Source of the DNA: Candidatus Syntropharchaeum caldarium | GTDB lineage: Archaea > Halobacteriota > Syntropharchaeia > Syntropharchaeales > Syntropharchaeaceae | Assembly (NCBI GenBank): GCA_001766815.1 | Contig: LYOS01000001.1 | Span: 459,987 to 491,986, forward strand | Reading direction: 5' to 3' | DNA length: 32,000 nucleotides | Program-made: the position numbers and the translations under genes | Notes under the pieces: generated by a model | Told to the model about the DNA's origin: nothing | The model's input: only the letters and a program-made list of their open reading frames with translations | The model's database searches: none | Part shown: positions 1-8,460 of the stretch, one piece after another | Numbering within the stretch: position 1 is the first letter of the stretch | How the letters are laid out: each line of letters begins with the position of its first letter

Positions 1-29
1 TAGTCGATACCGCTGGTTTTAATGTTGAG

Positions 30-683
30 ATGGAGGTTATGGAGTGTGGGAAGAAAGGTATCCTTCTGAAGTTCAAGGGGCACGATCCACTCATGAATGA
101 GTTTGTCGCAATGATGATCTCCCTTGGTCTTGCATCTTTAGATCTCCCATACAGAATCAAATCAATAGATGAACCCTCGACACTGATGAAGATAGCCTAT
201 GAGAGGGGAGCGGGGGCATACGAGCGTGTGGTCGAGCACTTTGGCTACAACCAGTTCTTCTGCGATGAACTTAAAAACAGGTGGGAGTGGTGGAAGTGGG
301 TTGTCGAGACATCAGCGATGCTCAACTACAAAATGATCTTCATAACTGAGACCGTTCTTGAGAATCTCATCCAGGGTAAGAGTTGTCCAGGTGGTGTAAC
401 ATACATTGAGCGAAAGAGCGGAAAGTACTGTAAGGAAATACCGTTTGATGAGTTTTTTCTGCTTCTTCGAGAGCTGTTTAAGAATGCCCGAATAATTGAT
501 GAAATGACATATCATGAAGATAGTGGTGAGATACTGATCTATCACAACTTCCGTGATCCTGTGGTGATAGAACAGATCGCAGAATGGATCGAAAATCTGA
601 TAAAGATCCACTGGCCGAATCTTGAACACGAGACATCCGCGCAAACAACGGTCTTCAGAAGGATTGAAGATGCAGAAGATTGA
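30..683 (+). CDS. hypothetical protein, no family recognised; may be 5'-truncated by the window edge
   Basis: 217-aa ORF. The frame stays open back to nt 3, so the true start could lie upstream of the window. It has a Trp-rich patch (RWEWWKW). No catalytic or binding motif that I can assign. Confidence 0.5.
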   Translation: MEVMECGKKGILLKFKGHDPLMNEFVAMMISLGLASLDLPYRIKSIDEPSTLMKIAYERGAGAYERVVEHFGYNQFFCDELKNRWEWWKWVVETSAMLNYKMIFITETVLENLIQGKSCPGGVTYIERKSGKYCKEIPFDEFFLLLRELFKNARIIDEMTYHEDSGEILIYHNFRDPVVIEQIAEWIENLIKIHWPNLEHETSAQTTVFRRIEDAED

Positions 684-738
684 GCTTCTCAAGTTCTGGA
701 TGGGTAGATCTATAAGGCTTGAGTAGTATCTGGGAATT

Positions 739-1500
739 ATGTGTGCATCCTCAACAAAGAAATGGTTTGATGAGTGGGCAGACGAGTATGATGACATCCT
801 TCCACGTGTTCGTGAGTACCAGAAACTTGTTGAAAGAATTGTTGAGTACGCCCGGGTAAGGAATGGAGACACGGTGCTTGATATCGGGTGTGGGACAGGA
901 TATTTGAGTTTGAAGCTCATGGATGTTGCAGCATGCAGGCTTGTTGCCGTTGATCTCTCATCCGAGATGCTGAAGGTCTTTAGAGAGAAGCTTTATCACC
1001 TTAGAGCAGAGGGTTATGATTTTTCTACCGGTATAGAACTTGGATCGGGTGATTGTCTCTCTCTGCCTTTTAAGGATGGGACATTTGATGTTATTACATC
1101 ATCGGTTGTGATGCACCACATTAAACCTGAAAAGAAACAAATCGCGTTGAGCGAGATCCACCGGGTTCTTAAGCCAGGTGGGAGATTTTTACTTGGTGAG
1201 CTGAACTTCGATGCAACAGGAGATCTGAATGATTCTGTGCGGCTTGAGCGAGTCATGGCAGGTCTTACAAAGGTACTCTCGACGATCGTGGCATCACTCG
1301 GTGCTGGTGTGCTCGATCGGATGTTTGATAACGCAAAACGCCATCTCCTCTGTGACGATGAGTATGCAATAACCATTGATATGTGGGAAAAACTCTCTAT
1401 AGATGCCGGTTTTAATCCCATCTGGCGCGAGGTGCTTCCATCTGGTGCATGGGGATTTTTATGCCTGGAGAAGGCTACCTGCACAAAGGAGCAGCCTTAA
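739..1500 (+). CDS. class I SAM-dependent methyltransferase (Methyltransf_11/UbiE-like)
   Basis: ATG start. Motif I is VLDIGCGTGYLS, followed by an acidic residue after beta-2 (VAVDLS), then DVITSSVVMHHI and VLKPGGRFLLGE, typical of Rossmann-fold methyltransferases. Confidence 0.8.
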   Translation: MCASSTKKWFDEWADEYDDILPRVREYQKLVERIVEYARVRNGDTVLDIGCGTGYLSLKLMDVAACRLVAVDLSSEMLKVFREKLYHLRAEGYDFSTGIELGSGDCLSLPFKDGTFDVITSSVVMHHIKPEKKQIALSEIHRVLKPGGRFLLGELNFDATGDLNDSVRLERVMAGLTKVLSTIVASLGAGVLDRMFDNAKRHLLCDDEYAITIDMWEKLSIDAGFNPIWREVLPSGAWGFLCLEKATCTKEQP

Positions 1501-2063
1501 ATCAAAATTTTATCCCTCACCTCCCCAAATACCTCCTCAATGCTCCTGTTCCCATCTATAAATACGACGTTACCCTCTGCAACCTTCCTGAAGTTACGGG
1601 AGATCTTTTCAAGCTTCTCAAGCTCTTCGAATAACTCTATCCCATTATTTCGCTGCTTTATTCGCTCAAGCGATACTTCAGGCGGTGTCTCGATGACAAA
1701 GGTAAGATCAGGGGTTATAGAATACCGATTTATCATAACAACCCACTCAAGATCAAGCGTTAGCGACTGATACGCATAAGACGATAACCGATACCGATCA
1801 GAGATCACGATCTCTCCTTTCTCAATTCTCTCAACGATTATTTTCGTGTGCTCAACCCTGTCTGCTGCAAAGAGAAGTGCGAGTGTTGCATCACTCACCT
1901 CAATCTCCTTTCTCAGGACACGCCTGATTAACTTCCCAATCTCTCCTGTTGTGGGTTCTTTTGTGAGATATACGGTGTAACCCTTGCTTTCTAACCATTC
2001 TGCAAGGAGCTTACTCTGTGTTGAGAGTCCTGAGCCATCTGTACCTTCAAATGCGATCAGCAT
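1497..2063 (-). CDS. tmk: thymidylate kinase
   Basis: MLIAFEGTDGSGLSTQ P-loop (FEGxDGxGK/S-type), then YLTKEPT and DRY..S motifs. I moved the start from the track ORF (2246) to Met62 (ATG at 2063). The upstream 61 codons are Arg/Ser-rich and overlap the radical SAM gene. Confidence 0.85.
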   Translation of the reverse strand: MLIAFEGTDGSGLSTQSKLLAEWLESKGYTVYLTKEPTTGEIGKLIRRVLRKEIEVSDATLALLFAADRVEHTKIIVERIEKGEIVISDRYRLSSYAYQSLTLDLEWVVMINRYSITPDLTFVIETPPEVSLERIKQRNNGIELFEELEKLEKISRNFRKVAEGNVVFIDGNRSIEEVFGEVRDKILI

Positions 2064-3075
2064 AGATGCACCACGGCTCTTCTGCAAGATAACTCCCGTT
2101 GACCGCAAAAGCACGCGCCCTGCAACCGCCACAGATCGTGTTATATCGGCATGATCCGCATCGCCCCTCAAGCAATTCTGGATCGCGAAGTTCCTTGAAG
2201 ACCTCAGATTCTTTCCAGATCTCTTCAAAACCTGTTTCCCGCACATTTCCGACCTTTATCGGCAGATATGGGCATGGGTTCACATCACCATCTGGTTTTA
2301 TCCTGCAGTAGGCTGTTGCAGCAAGGCATCCCTTTGTAAACCTCTTAATCTGCCAGTTGTCCTCACCACCACGCTGCATGGCAATCCGCATAAACTGAGG
2401 TGCACAAACCGCTTTAAGTTCAATCGGAAAGTCCTGACTCTTTTCATATAAAAATACAAGCATGTCTTCGTACTGCTGTGGCGTTACATCGATGACATCC
2501 TCTGCCCTTCCTGTCGGGACAAGGAAAAAGAGATGAAAAGCATCAGCTCCAAGATCAAGTACGAAATCCATCATATCAGGGATTTCTTCATAGTTATCCC
2601 TTGTGATGGTTGTGTGAACCTGAAAGCTCAAACCGCCCTCCTTACACGCCTTTGCACCACCAATCGCAGCAGCGTGTGAGCCTTCAAGCCCCCTGAAATG
2701 ATCATGGATCGAGGGTGAGAGGGCATCGATACTGATCCCCACCCGTGCAACACCCGCGTTTTTGAGCTTTGAAACAACTTCGTCGGTGAGGAGGGTTCCA
2801 TTTGTGCCCATAACGATCCTCAAGCCCTTGGAGTTCCCGTAGGATGCGATCTCGTAGATATCCTTTCTCAGAAGTGGCTCACCACCGCTCAAGATCAAAA
2901 TAGGCTTTGAGAAAGATGCAATATCATCGATCAGCCTGAATGCTTCATCGGTATTCAGTTCGTCAGGAGGTGCTTCACCAACTCCAACCGCATCGATGTA
3001 ACAGTGATCACAGAATAAGTTACACTCGTATGTTGTGTTCCATGAGATCAATCGTGGTAAAAACGTATCGTTCAT
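2047..3075 (-). CDS. radical SAM protein with C-terminal SPASM domain, NirJ/AhbC/AhbD-like (possible alternative haem biosynthesis enzyme)
   Basis: N-terminal LISWNTTYECNLFCDHCY contains the CX3CX2C radical SAM cluster motif in the W-x-x-T context seen in NirJ/Ahb proteins. GGEPLL is present. The Cys-rich C-terminus (CPYLP...CGSCRYNTICGGCRARA) is typical of SPASM auxiliary clusters. Confidence 0.75.
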   Translation of the reverse strand: MNDTFLPRLISWNTTYECNLFCDHCYIDAVGVGEAPPDELNTDEAFRLIDDIASFSKPILILSGGEPLLRKDIYEIASYGNSKGLRIVMGTNGTLLTDEVVSKLKNAGVARVGISIDALSPSIHDHFRGLEGSHAAAIGGAKACKEGGLSFQVHTTITRDNYEEIPDMMDFVLDLGADAFHLFFLVPTGRAEDVIDVTPQQYEDMLVFLYEKSQDFPIELKAVCAPQFMRIAMQRGGEDNWQIKRFTKGCLAATAYCRIKPDGDVNPCPYLPIKVGNVRETGFEEIWKESEVFKELRDPELLEGRCGSCRYNTICGGCRARAFAVNGSYLAEEPWCIYADRI

Positions 3076-3081
3076 CTGTAA

Positions 3082-3630
3082 TCATAATCTGGCAAGAACG
3101 CCACCATTAACCGCTTCTGCAACCTCACGCCCCTTCATGATCTCAAGCAGCTTGAAAGCAAACTCCATCGCAGTTCCAGGTGAGCGGCTCGTCACAATCT
3201 TTCCGTCGACAACAACTCGATCTTCACGATAATCGCCAGCGTCAATCTCATCCTTTACCGAGGGGTGACTTGTTGCAGAGACGTGCGCCAATATCTCAAG
3301 ATCCGAGAGCGTCGTGGGCGCACCACAGATTGCAGCTATGATCTTGCCAGCCTCGTGCATCTGCTTTACCGCCTCACGAATCTTTGGATCATTCCTCAGA
3401 TTGATGTAGCCTGGATTTCCACCGGGCAGGACAATCGCATCAAAATCAAGTGGATTAATCGCATTTAAAACCGTATCTGCCATGACTTTGACGCCATGCG
3501 CAGCCTCAACGAGCTCAGTCTCACTGAGTGAAGCCGTCACAACCTCGATACCTCCACGACGCAGTATATCCACGACCGTAAGAGCTTCGATCTCCTCAAA
3601 ACCTGGTGCAAGTGGCAATAAAACCTTCAT
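3082..3630 (-). CDS. DJ-1/PfpI (ThiJ) family protein
   Basis: 182 aa. Starts MKVLLPLAPGFEEIE. Has the nucleophile-elbow AAICGAP, and the overall pattern is typical of the DJ-1/ThiJ class I glutamine amidotransferase-like fold. It starts 6 nt after the L30 stop. Confidence 0.85.
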   Translation of the reverse strand: MKVLLPLAPGFEEIEALTVVDILRRGGIEVVTASLSETELVEAAHGVKVMADTVLNAINPLDFDAIVLPGGNPGYINLRNDPKIREAVKQMHEAGKIIAAICGAPTTLSDLEILAHVSATSHPSVKDEIDAGDYREDRVVVDGKIVTSRSPGTAMEFAFKLLEIMKGREVAEAVNGGVLARL

Positions 3631-3636
3631 CCTGCA

Positions 3637-4098
3637 TCACCTCATCTTCTTGAGAAGTTCATTGATTGCATCACCATGATAACCAAGTTCTCCTCCTTCT
3701 TTGAATGATCGCTTGATACCTTTGTGACCCTTTCTTGGAGGATGAAGCCTGAAAACAGGTTTTAATCCCGGTATATCCGTGATTTTTACTTTTTCTTCAT
3801 ATATAGACTTTGAAAGTTCTTCGATCGAGTTAAACTCGGTATTATCTCTTAGATATTCATCCGTGAGCCGACTTCCACCCTTGAGGCGTCCACGCAGTTG
3901 CAAGAGCCGTACAATACTATCGAGACTAATTTCGCCCCATGCAACGTAGTTTGTAACCTTTTTGATCATGCCAAGATAGTGCACATCATCTGGCAGCAGG
4001 ACGCAATGGTTAATCCTGTGTAGCCGCAGCATCTTCAGTGTATCACGGATCTCGGGCCTTAAGCCCACATCACCTCTCAGTCTTACAACCGCATACAT
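3637..4098 (-). CDS. rpl30: 50S ribosomal protein L30 (uL30), archaeal type
   Basis: MYAVVRLRGDVGLRPEIRDTLKMLRLHRINHCVLL is the archaeal L30 signature. I chose the ATG at 4098, preceded by GAGGAGAGG, over the GTG at 4110 used by the track. Confidence 0.9.
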   Translation of the reverse strand: MYAVVRLRGDVGLRPEIRDTLKMLRLHRINHCVLLPDDVHYLGMIKKVTNYVAWGEISLDSIVRLLQLRGRLKGGSRLTDEYLRDNTEFNSIEELSKSIYEEKVKITDIPGLKPVFRLHPPRKGHKGIKRSFKEGGELGYHGDAINELLKKMR

Positions 4099-4106
4099 GC
4101 CTCTCC

Positions 4107-4760
4107 TCACACCTTCATTGTAACCGTTGCTTTTAGTGCATCAAACGTTGCCATCGCGAAGTTCAGAGTTGTCCGTTCCTGTCCTCCTGAGTATGTCCAG
4201 ACATCGTCGATTCCAGCAAGCTTCAGAACTTTCTGGGGTGTCTCACCACATACAAGCCCAAGTCCTTTTGGTGCAGACTTCAGAACGATTTTTACGCTCC
4301 CAGCCTTTCCCGTGACTTCGAATGGCACGGTATGAGGATCTCCGCATCCGCATTCCCATGAGCCGCATCCTCGCCTTATTTTTATCAAATTGAGCTTTGC
4401 AGCTTTCGCAGCCTTTGCAATTGCAGGTCCAACCTGCAGATCCTTTGTCTGTGCAACCCCGACATATCCGTCTTCATTCCCGACAACGACACAGACCCTG
4501 AATTTAACTCTTCTGCCCGAGTCTGTCATTCGCTGTACCATATTGATATCAATCACGTCTTCTTTAACATCAGGGAGGAGTGTATCGATGATCTCGGATT
4601 CCCTGATCGGAAGGCCAGAATTTAATGCATCATCAATTGTATCGATCTTACCAGCTTTAACCAGCTTACCAAGTTTTGTTTTCGGAACCCAATCTGATAG
4701 ATCCACATTGCTCGCACGGCTTCCATTTTGCCGCCCTTTACCTCGTTTACCTCGCGCCAT
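4107..4760 (-). CDS. rps5: 30S ribosomal protein S5 (uS5)
   Basis: [16 protein letters not shown]...[17 protein letters not shown]...[10 protein letters not shown] is the archaeal S5 core. Confidence 0.95.
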   Translation of the reverse strand: MARGKRGKGRQNGSRASNVDLSDWVPKTKLGKLVKAGKIDTIDDALNSGLPIRESEIIDTLLPDVKEDVIDINMVQRMTDSGRRVKFRVCVVVGNEDGYVGVAQTKDLQVGPAIAKAAKAAKLNLIKIRRGCGSWECGCGDPHTVPFEVTGKAGSVKIVLKSAPKGLGLVCGETPQKVLKLAGIDDVWTYSGGQERTTLNFAMATFDALKATVTMKV

Positions 4761-5271
4761 CTAAGATCACACCTTTCACACGATCAAAATTATCCGGCAG
4801 ATCAACATATTTCTCAAGATATTCTGCGATTATTTCACCTCTAATTCTCGAATCATCTGGAAACATCTCTTCAGAACATGGCACATGAAGCCCCGCATCG
4901 ATCGCACCCTTGGCAGCAGCATAAACCTTTGCCCCTTTCGATGATGTTGCAAGTCCGATATCGAGTATCGCCTCCTCAAAACCAGCTTTTTTTGCTCGCA
5001 CTCCGAACAACAATCCTGTCAGATAAGCTGCTGGTGTATTTCCGCAGTGTCCCTCATATCCAAGCTTTAAAAGCTCGTTAGCCCGTGCAGAGACATGAGT
5101 AATATCACCCACATTATCAAAAACCACCAGCTGGATTGTGATTCCATTGTTGCTCCGTCTTACCACCATCCTTGGTTTTTTTGAAACTAAAAGCCGCAAC
5201 CTTCCATGATAATTCGTCTTTCCTTCGCGCCGTCTTCTGAACGGAACTTTATATCTTGGGCCTCTTGCCAT
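4747..5271 (-). CDS. rpl18: 50S ribosomal protein L18 (uL18/L5e)
   Basis: [28 protein letters not shown] is the N-terminus typical of archaeal L18. Confidence 0.95.
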   Translation of the reverse strand: MARGPRYKVPFRRRREGKTNYHGRLRLLVSKKPRMVVRRSNNGITIQLVVFDNVGDITHVSARANELLKLGYEGHCGNTPAAYLTGLLFGVRAKKAGFEEAILDIGLATSSKGAKVYAAAKGAIDAGLHVPCSEEMFPDDSRIRGEIIAEYLEKYVDLPDNFDRVKGVILDGAR

Positions 5272-5272
5272 T

Positions 5273-5722
5273 TTATACCTCTTTTCTATAACTCTCGATA
5301 AATGTTCTGAGATGGTTCAGATCCCTGAACTCTCCCCCTCCTGCTTTATTGTACAGCATCCTGTATGTGGTACGATCGATTGTGCCATCCTCACGCAGCT
5401 GTTTCAAAAACTTTCGCTGCGCACGAATCTTGACGATCCATCGCCTTTTTCTGGAAAGTCGTGCATATTTCGCCCCTTTTCTTTTACCATGCCCACTGCG
5501 ATGGCCATAACTTCGTTTTTCATCTCTGATACGTGCCCGTCCTCTGCTAACACCCTTCACCGGTTTTCGCTTAATGATGCCTTCTGCTATAAGCCCCCGT
5601 ATGTCTTCGCGGGTCACAGCCTCTGCGATCGTATCAGATTCTTCTGGATTTAGCCAGACACGCCCAGCTCCAACCCCAAGAACCTTTGCTGCCAGTCTTT
5701 TCTGATGCTGTAGGTCGGTCAT
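5273..5722 (-). CDS. rpl19e: 50S ribosomal protein L19e
   Basis: [21 protein letters not shown]...[12 protein letters not shown]...GHGKRKG is the eL19 signature. Confidence 0.95.
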   Translation of the reverse strand: MTDLQHQKRLAAKVLGVGAGRVWLNPEESDTIAEAVTREDIRGLIAEGIIKRKPVKGVSRGRARIRDEKRSYGHRSGHGKRKGAKYARLSRKRRWIVKIRAQRKFLKQLREDGTIDRTTYRMLYNKAGGGEFRDLNHLRTFIESYRKEV

Positions 5723-5750
5723 AAATACTCACATATTTCCCATGTCCAAT

Positions 5751-5758
5751 CTATATAA
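5751..5758 (-). promoter_or_regulatory. candidate archaeal TATA box upstream of rpl19e
   Basis: The minus strand reads TTATATAG about 30 nt upstream of the rpl19e ATG (5722). This implies a very short leader. Confidence 0.35.
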
Positions 5759-5801
5759 GATTTTCCGCACTGCAGGGGTTTTATAATTTATGCTGCAGCG
5801 A

Positions 5802-7058
5802 CTACCTGAATGGAACTGGTTCGTTTAACAGGAAACTTCCATCCATGATCCTTTTTTTAAGCTCTTTTGCAATTTTTACCCCTCCGCAAAGGTCTGACTG
5901 GCGGCATACAATTGGAATATCTCTTGATCCAATCCTCACAGATCCATTATCGCCAGAGAACGCTCCAGCAGTGCAGATCAGACTGCATGATCCACAGTTG
6001 AAGCAGCGATTCCGATCAATCTGCTTTAATGCGATCGAGAAGGCATGTGTTGGGCAGAACTCGTCAACAGGGCATTTTTCACAATCAATACATGCGTCTG
6101 GATCAAATGTAGTCGATAAATCTTGATTCCAGACATCAGCATATGTAATCTCGCCTATCGGGATTCTGCCATGAACGTCAACCACCTTGAGGGGTATCTC
6201 GTGGTTTAACTTCTTCAGATTCTCAAGTATCTGTTCATTGAGTACAGGGATCGGTATGGCCCATGAATTTATAACTTCAGGCCCTGCTGACGTCTTAAAT
6301 CCACCCATATATATCGGGTTCATGTCATGCATGTCTGCAAATCCAGATAGATTTGGCTTCTCCCATGTGCTGCGTGTTCCCACTCCCTCAACAAAACCCT
6401 CTGCACCGTTCATTAGGATGCGCGTTCCTATACCGATTGTATCAAGATGGGGATCATTCTCAAGTGGATTTATCTCTCCACAACCAGAGAATGTGAGTTC
6501 CTTTAGCGAGCCTTTGAGCGGCAAAGTGGAGAAGATCGACGATACTTCGCACTCTTTTGTATTTACAAATGCCATGTAGTTCTTAAATGCGTTCCTAACT
6601 CCAACCATACGCGCAAATGGTATCTCATCCAGTCTTATCGTGGTATCGATCTGCTTACCATCTGATGATGTAATCTCAACCGTGATACTGTGACCATCGA
6701 CGAGATCCCTGAAAAGATCCCCTCCTCCATAATCGCCATTATGCGCTGTTCCATATACAACAAGATCAAGAACCCCAAGCCGTTCATTAGGACAGGGTCC
6801 AGGAAATGCAGGAATGCCATTCAGGCGAACGTCTATCGCACGCACAAATGTATCAGGTCTGGAAACATGAAAAGAGAGTATCGCCATTGTACCACTCATA
6901 ATCCCCCTTGTTCCGCAGGTTACAACATCGATATCATCAAAAGTTATCGCATCTCGCCCCTCTTCCCGCACAAGGTTACAGAATTCATCCGCACTCATAA
7001 CTCGTACTGAACCATCCATGATCCGTCTGTTGATCATGGCGATACTTCGTGCCGTCAT
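5802..7058 (-). CDS. COG1900/HcyBio (DUF39) domain protein fused to a 2x[4Fe-4S] ferredoxin domain; resembles methanogenesis marker 16 metalloprotein
   Basis: The N-terminus (MSADEF...DIDVVTCGTRGIMSGT) matches the COG1900 pattern. The C-terminus has CIDCEKCPVDEFCP and CFNCGSCSLICTAG ferredoxin motifs. The ~418-aa size and this architecture match what I recall for TIGR03287. Confidence 0.65.
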   Translation of the reverse strand: MTARSIAMINRRIMDGSVRVMSADEFCNLVREEGRDAITFDDIDVVTCGTRGIMSGTMAILSFHVSRPDTFVRAIDVRLNGIPAFPGPCPNERLGVLDLVVYGTAHNGDYGGGDLFRDLVDGHSITVEITSSDGKQIDTTIRLDEIPFARMVGVRNAFKNYMAFVNTKECEVSSIFSTLPLKGSLKELTFSGCGEINPLENDPHLDTIGIGTRILMNGAEGFVEGVGTRSTWEKPNLSGFADMHDMNPIYMGGFKTSAGPEVINSWAIPIPVLNEQILENLKKLNHEIPLKVVDVHGRIPIGEITYADVWNQDLSTTFDPDACIDCEKCPVDEFCPTHAFSIALKQIDRNRCFNCGSCSLICTAGAFSGDNGSVRIGSRDIPIVCRQSDLCGGVKIAKELKKRIMDGSFLLNEPVPFR

Positions 7059-7059
7059 T

Positions 7060-7416
7060 TTATCTCCTTACCAGTGTATGGAGTGTCACCTCTTTTGACC
7101 CAAAAAATTCCTTTGAAAAGTTTGCGACGACTTCAGGATCATACGACTTGCAGCTGAAGATGTCAATGTACCCGTTTGCTGTTCTGTCCACAAAATGACC
7201 AGATATTAACGATGTTTCGATGAATTGAACGACCGAATATCCTCCATTATCGCTTTTTTCACCGAAATAGAGGATCATGGCCTCGCCAAAGGGTTTCATA
7301 TCGATAAGCTCACAGAGATCCTTGATGTATTGCTTGATCGCCTCAGGATTTCTGATAAGCGCAGGATCACACCCATACAGATCGATACTTGTCGATAACC
7401 CCCATGCCTCATTCAT
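7060..7416 (-). CDS. S-adenosylmethionine decarboxylase-fold protein (SpeH/PF02675-like, pyruvoyl family), specificity uncertain
   Basis: 118 aa. IDLYGCD...YSVVQFIETSLISGHF...YIDIFSCK aligns by eye to class 1 AdoMetDC (..ELWDCD.., ..ISESHLTIHTWPE.., ..DVFTCG..). The self-cleavage site reads E-T-S instead of E-S. Confidence 0.6.
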   Translation of the reverse strand: MNEAWGLSTSIDLYGCDPALIRNPEAIKQYIKDLCELIDMKPFGEAMILYFGEKSDNGGYSVVQFIETSLISGHFVDRTANGYIDIFSCKSYDPEVVANFSKEFFGSKEVTLHTLVRR

Positions 7417-7440
7417 GCAGAGAATAATCGTTGGATCAAG

Positions 7441-7448
7441 TTATAAAG
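7441..7448 (-). promoter_or_regulatory. candidate TATA box for the AdoMetDC-like/COG1900 gene pair
   Basis: The minus strand reads CTTTATAA, ending about 25 nt upstream of the ATG at 7416. This geometry suggests a leaderless transcript. Confidence 0.3.
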
Positions 7449-7496
7449 TTTTTTGAGCTGTCGGTAGCAGACGCAAACCTCCTAAAAATAGTAAAA

Positions 7497-7504
7497 TTTA
7501 TATA
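7497..7504 (+). promoter_or_regulatory. candidate TATA box (with A-rich BRE-like flank) for the fpoI-N operon
   Basis: AAAATTTATATATC, with TTTATATA at 7497-7504. It lies ~90 nt upstream of the fpoI ATG at 7591, which has a GGAGG Shine-Dalgarno at 7582-7586. Confidence 0.45.
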
Positions 7505-7590
7505 TCTTGCATCAAAGAAACATCTCAATTAATATTCATAATTCAATCAGATGGTTTAGCTCTGAGCTTTTCGAGTCTGAAGGAGGATCT

Positions 7591-7974
7591 ATGAAGGGGA
7601 TAGCCAAAGGAATGGGAGTAACATTCAGGTACAACTTCAAACCAGCCATTACAGTACAGTATCCTGACGAGAGCCCCGTCATCGAAGAGCGCTTCAGAGG
7701 GCATCATCACATCATGAGCAAAAACTGCATCGCATGTAACCTCTGTGCAAAGGCATGTCCTGTCGGTGCGATCAAGCTCTCATTTGAGAAAGGTGAAGAT
7801 AAAAAGAAGGTTTTAACTGAGTACGAGCTTGATATTGGTGTTTGTATCTGGTGTGGGTTATGTGTTGACGCCTGCCCAAAAGATGCGCTTATCATGTCAC
7901 AGGATTTTGAACTTTTTGCACGGGAACGAGAAGAACTGAAACGTAATCTTTTGGAGGAGGAAATTCATGCTTGA
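7591..7974 (+). CDS. fpoI: F420H2 dehydrogenase / complex I-like subunit I (NuoI homologue, 2x[4Fe-4S])
   Basis: CIACNLCAKACP and CIWCGLCVDACP motifs. The N-terminus resembles NuoI (GMGVTFRYNFKPAITVQYP). The start was moved from the TTG at 7507 to the ATG at 7591, which is preceded by GGAGGATCT. Confidence 0.9.
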   Translation: MKGIAKGMGVTFRYNFKPAITVQYPDESPVIEERFRGHHHIMSKNCIACNLCAKACPVGAIKLSFEKGEDKKKVLTEYELDIGVCIWCGLCVDACPKDALIMSQDFELFAREREELKRNLLEEEIHA

Positions 7975-8209
7975 GAGTTTTGTATTTGCAATTGTTGCGT
8001 TGATCCTCCTTCTTTCGAGTATCATGGTTGTGAAATCAAAAGAAGTGATGCACAGTGCATTATCGCTCGCTGTGATGCTCATCGGAATTGCGGGTGTGTA
8101 TGTCATGCTTGACGCCGAATTTCTGGCAGCAGTTCAGATCCTCGTCTATGCGGGTGGCGTTGTGATACTGATTGTATTTGCGATATTCATGTTGAGGTGG
8201 GAGCGATGA
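7967..8209 (+). CDS. fpoJ: complex I-like subunit J, N-terminal half (TM1-3)
   Basis: 80 aa and hydrophobic. VQILVYAGGVVILIVFAIFM matches the conserved NuoJ TM3 motif (VYxGA). Overlaps the fpoI stop by 8 nt. Confidence 0.85.
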   Translation: MLESFVFAIVALILLLSSIMVVKSKEVMHSALSLAVMLIGIAGVYVMLDAEFLAAVQILVYAGGVVILIVFAIFMLRWER

Positions 8210-8460
8210 CGATGAATTACAGTACCGGACTGATAAAGGCATTGATTGTTCTTATAATGCTATATGGAATTGTAATGACGATCCAGTCAACTACATGGGA
8301 GATCGATGAGTTTGCGATCGATAAAACACCAGAAAACTTCGGGTTTGCCCTATTTAACGAGTCGCTTGTTGCGTTTGAGGTTACATCAGCCGTTCTCACC
8401 GCAGCACTTGTCGGTGCGCTCTTTCTGGCAATGAGGGAGAAAGAGGTGATGAGTCGATGA
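8206..8460 (+). CDS. fpoJ: complex I-like subunit J, C-terminal half (TM4-loop-TM5)
   Basis: Two hydrophobic helices flank a loop (IGFALFNESLVAFEVTSAVLTAALVGA resembles the NuoJ C-terminus). The ATG at 8206 forms an ATGA overlap with the upstream stop. A GAGGTGGGAG Shine-Dalgarno lies upstream. Confidence 0.8.
   Translation: MTMNYSTGLIKALIVLIMLYGIVMTIQSTTWEIDEFAIDKTPENFGFALFNESLVAFEVTSAVLTAALVGALFLAMREKEVMSR

Noticed and set aside
1497-1500. Convergent genes with overlapping or nearly abutting stop codons (1497-1500, 21330-21344, 29177-29181), as possible antisense regulation.
   Set aside because: This is common in compact archaeal genomes. No additional structure supports a regulatory role.
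1497-2246. Long N-terminal extensions of track ORFs: tmk from 2246, fpoI from 7507, DUF169 from 31160, L30 from 4110 and fpoL from 8747.
   Set aside because: The extensions start at GTG or TTG, or run through the neighbouring gene. They lack family-typical sequence. In each case an internal ATG with a proper Shine-Dalgarno or stop/start coupling gives the canonical N-terminus.
5770-5798. Two CTGCAG palindromes 17 nt apart, between the COG1900 gene and rpl19e, as a possible terminator hairpin.
   Set aside because: Only 6 bp can pair and the flanking bases mismatch. No oligo-T tract follows on the transcribed strand. Too weak to call.
7967-8460. fpoJ split into two ORFs, which could be read as a frameshifted pseudogene.
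   Set aside because: The two halves meet at a clean ATGA stop/start overlap with a Shine-Dalgarno upstream. The split falls between TM3 and TM4. The M. mazei operon is described as fpoABCDHIJJKLMNO with two J genes, so this is a conserved gene split and not decay.
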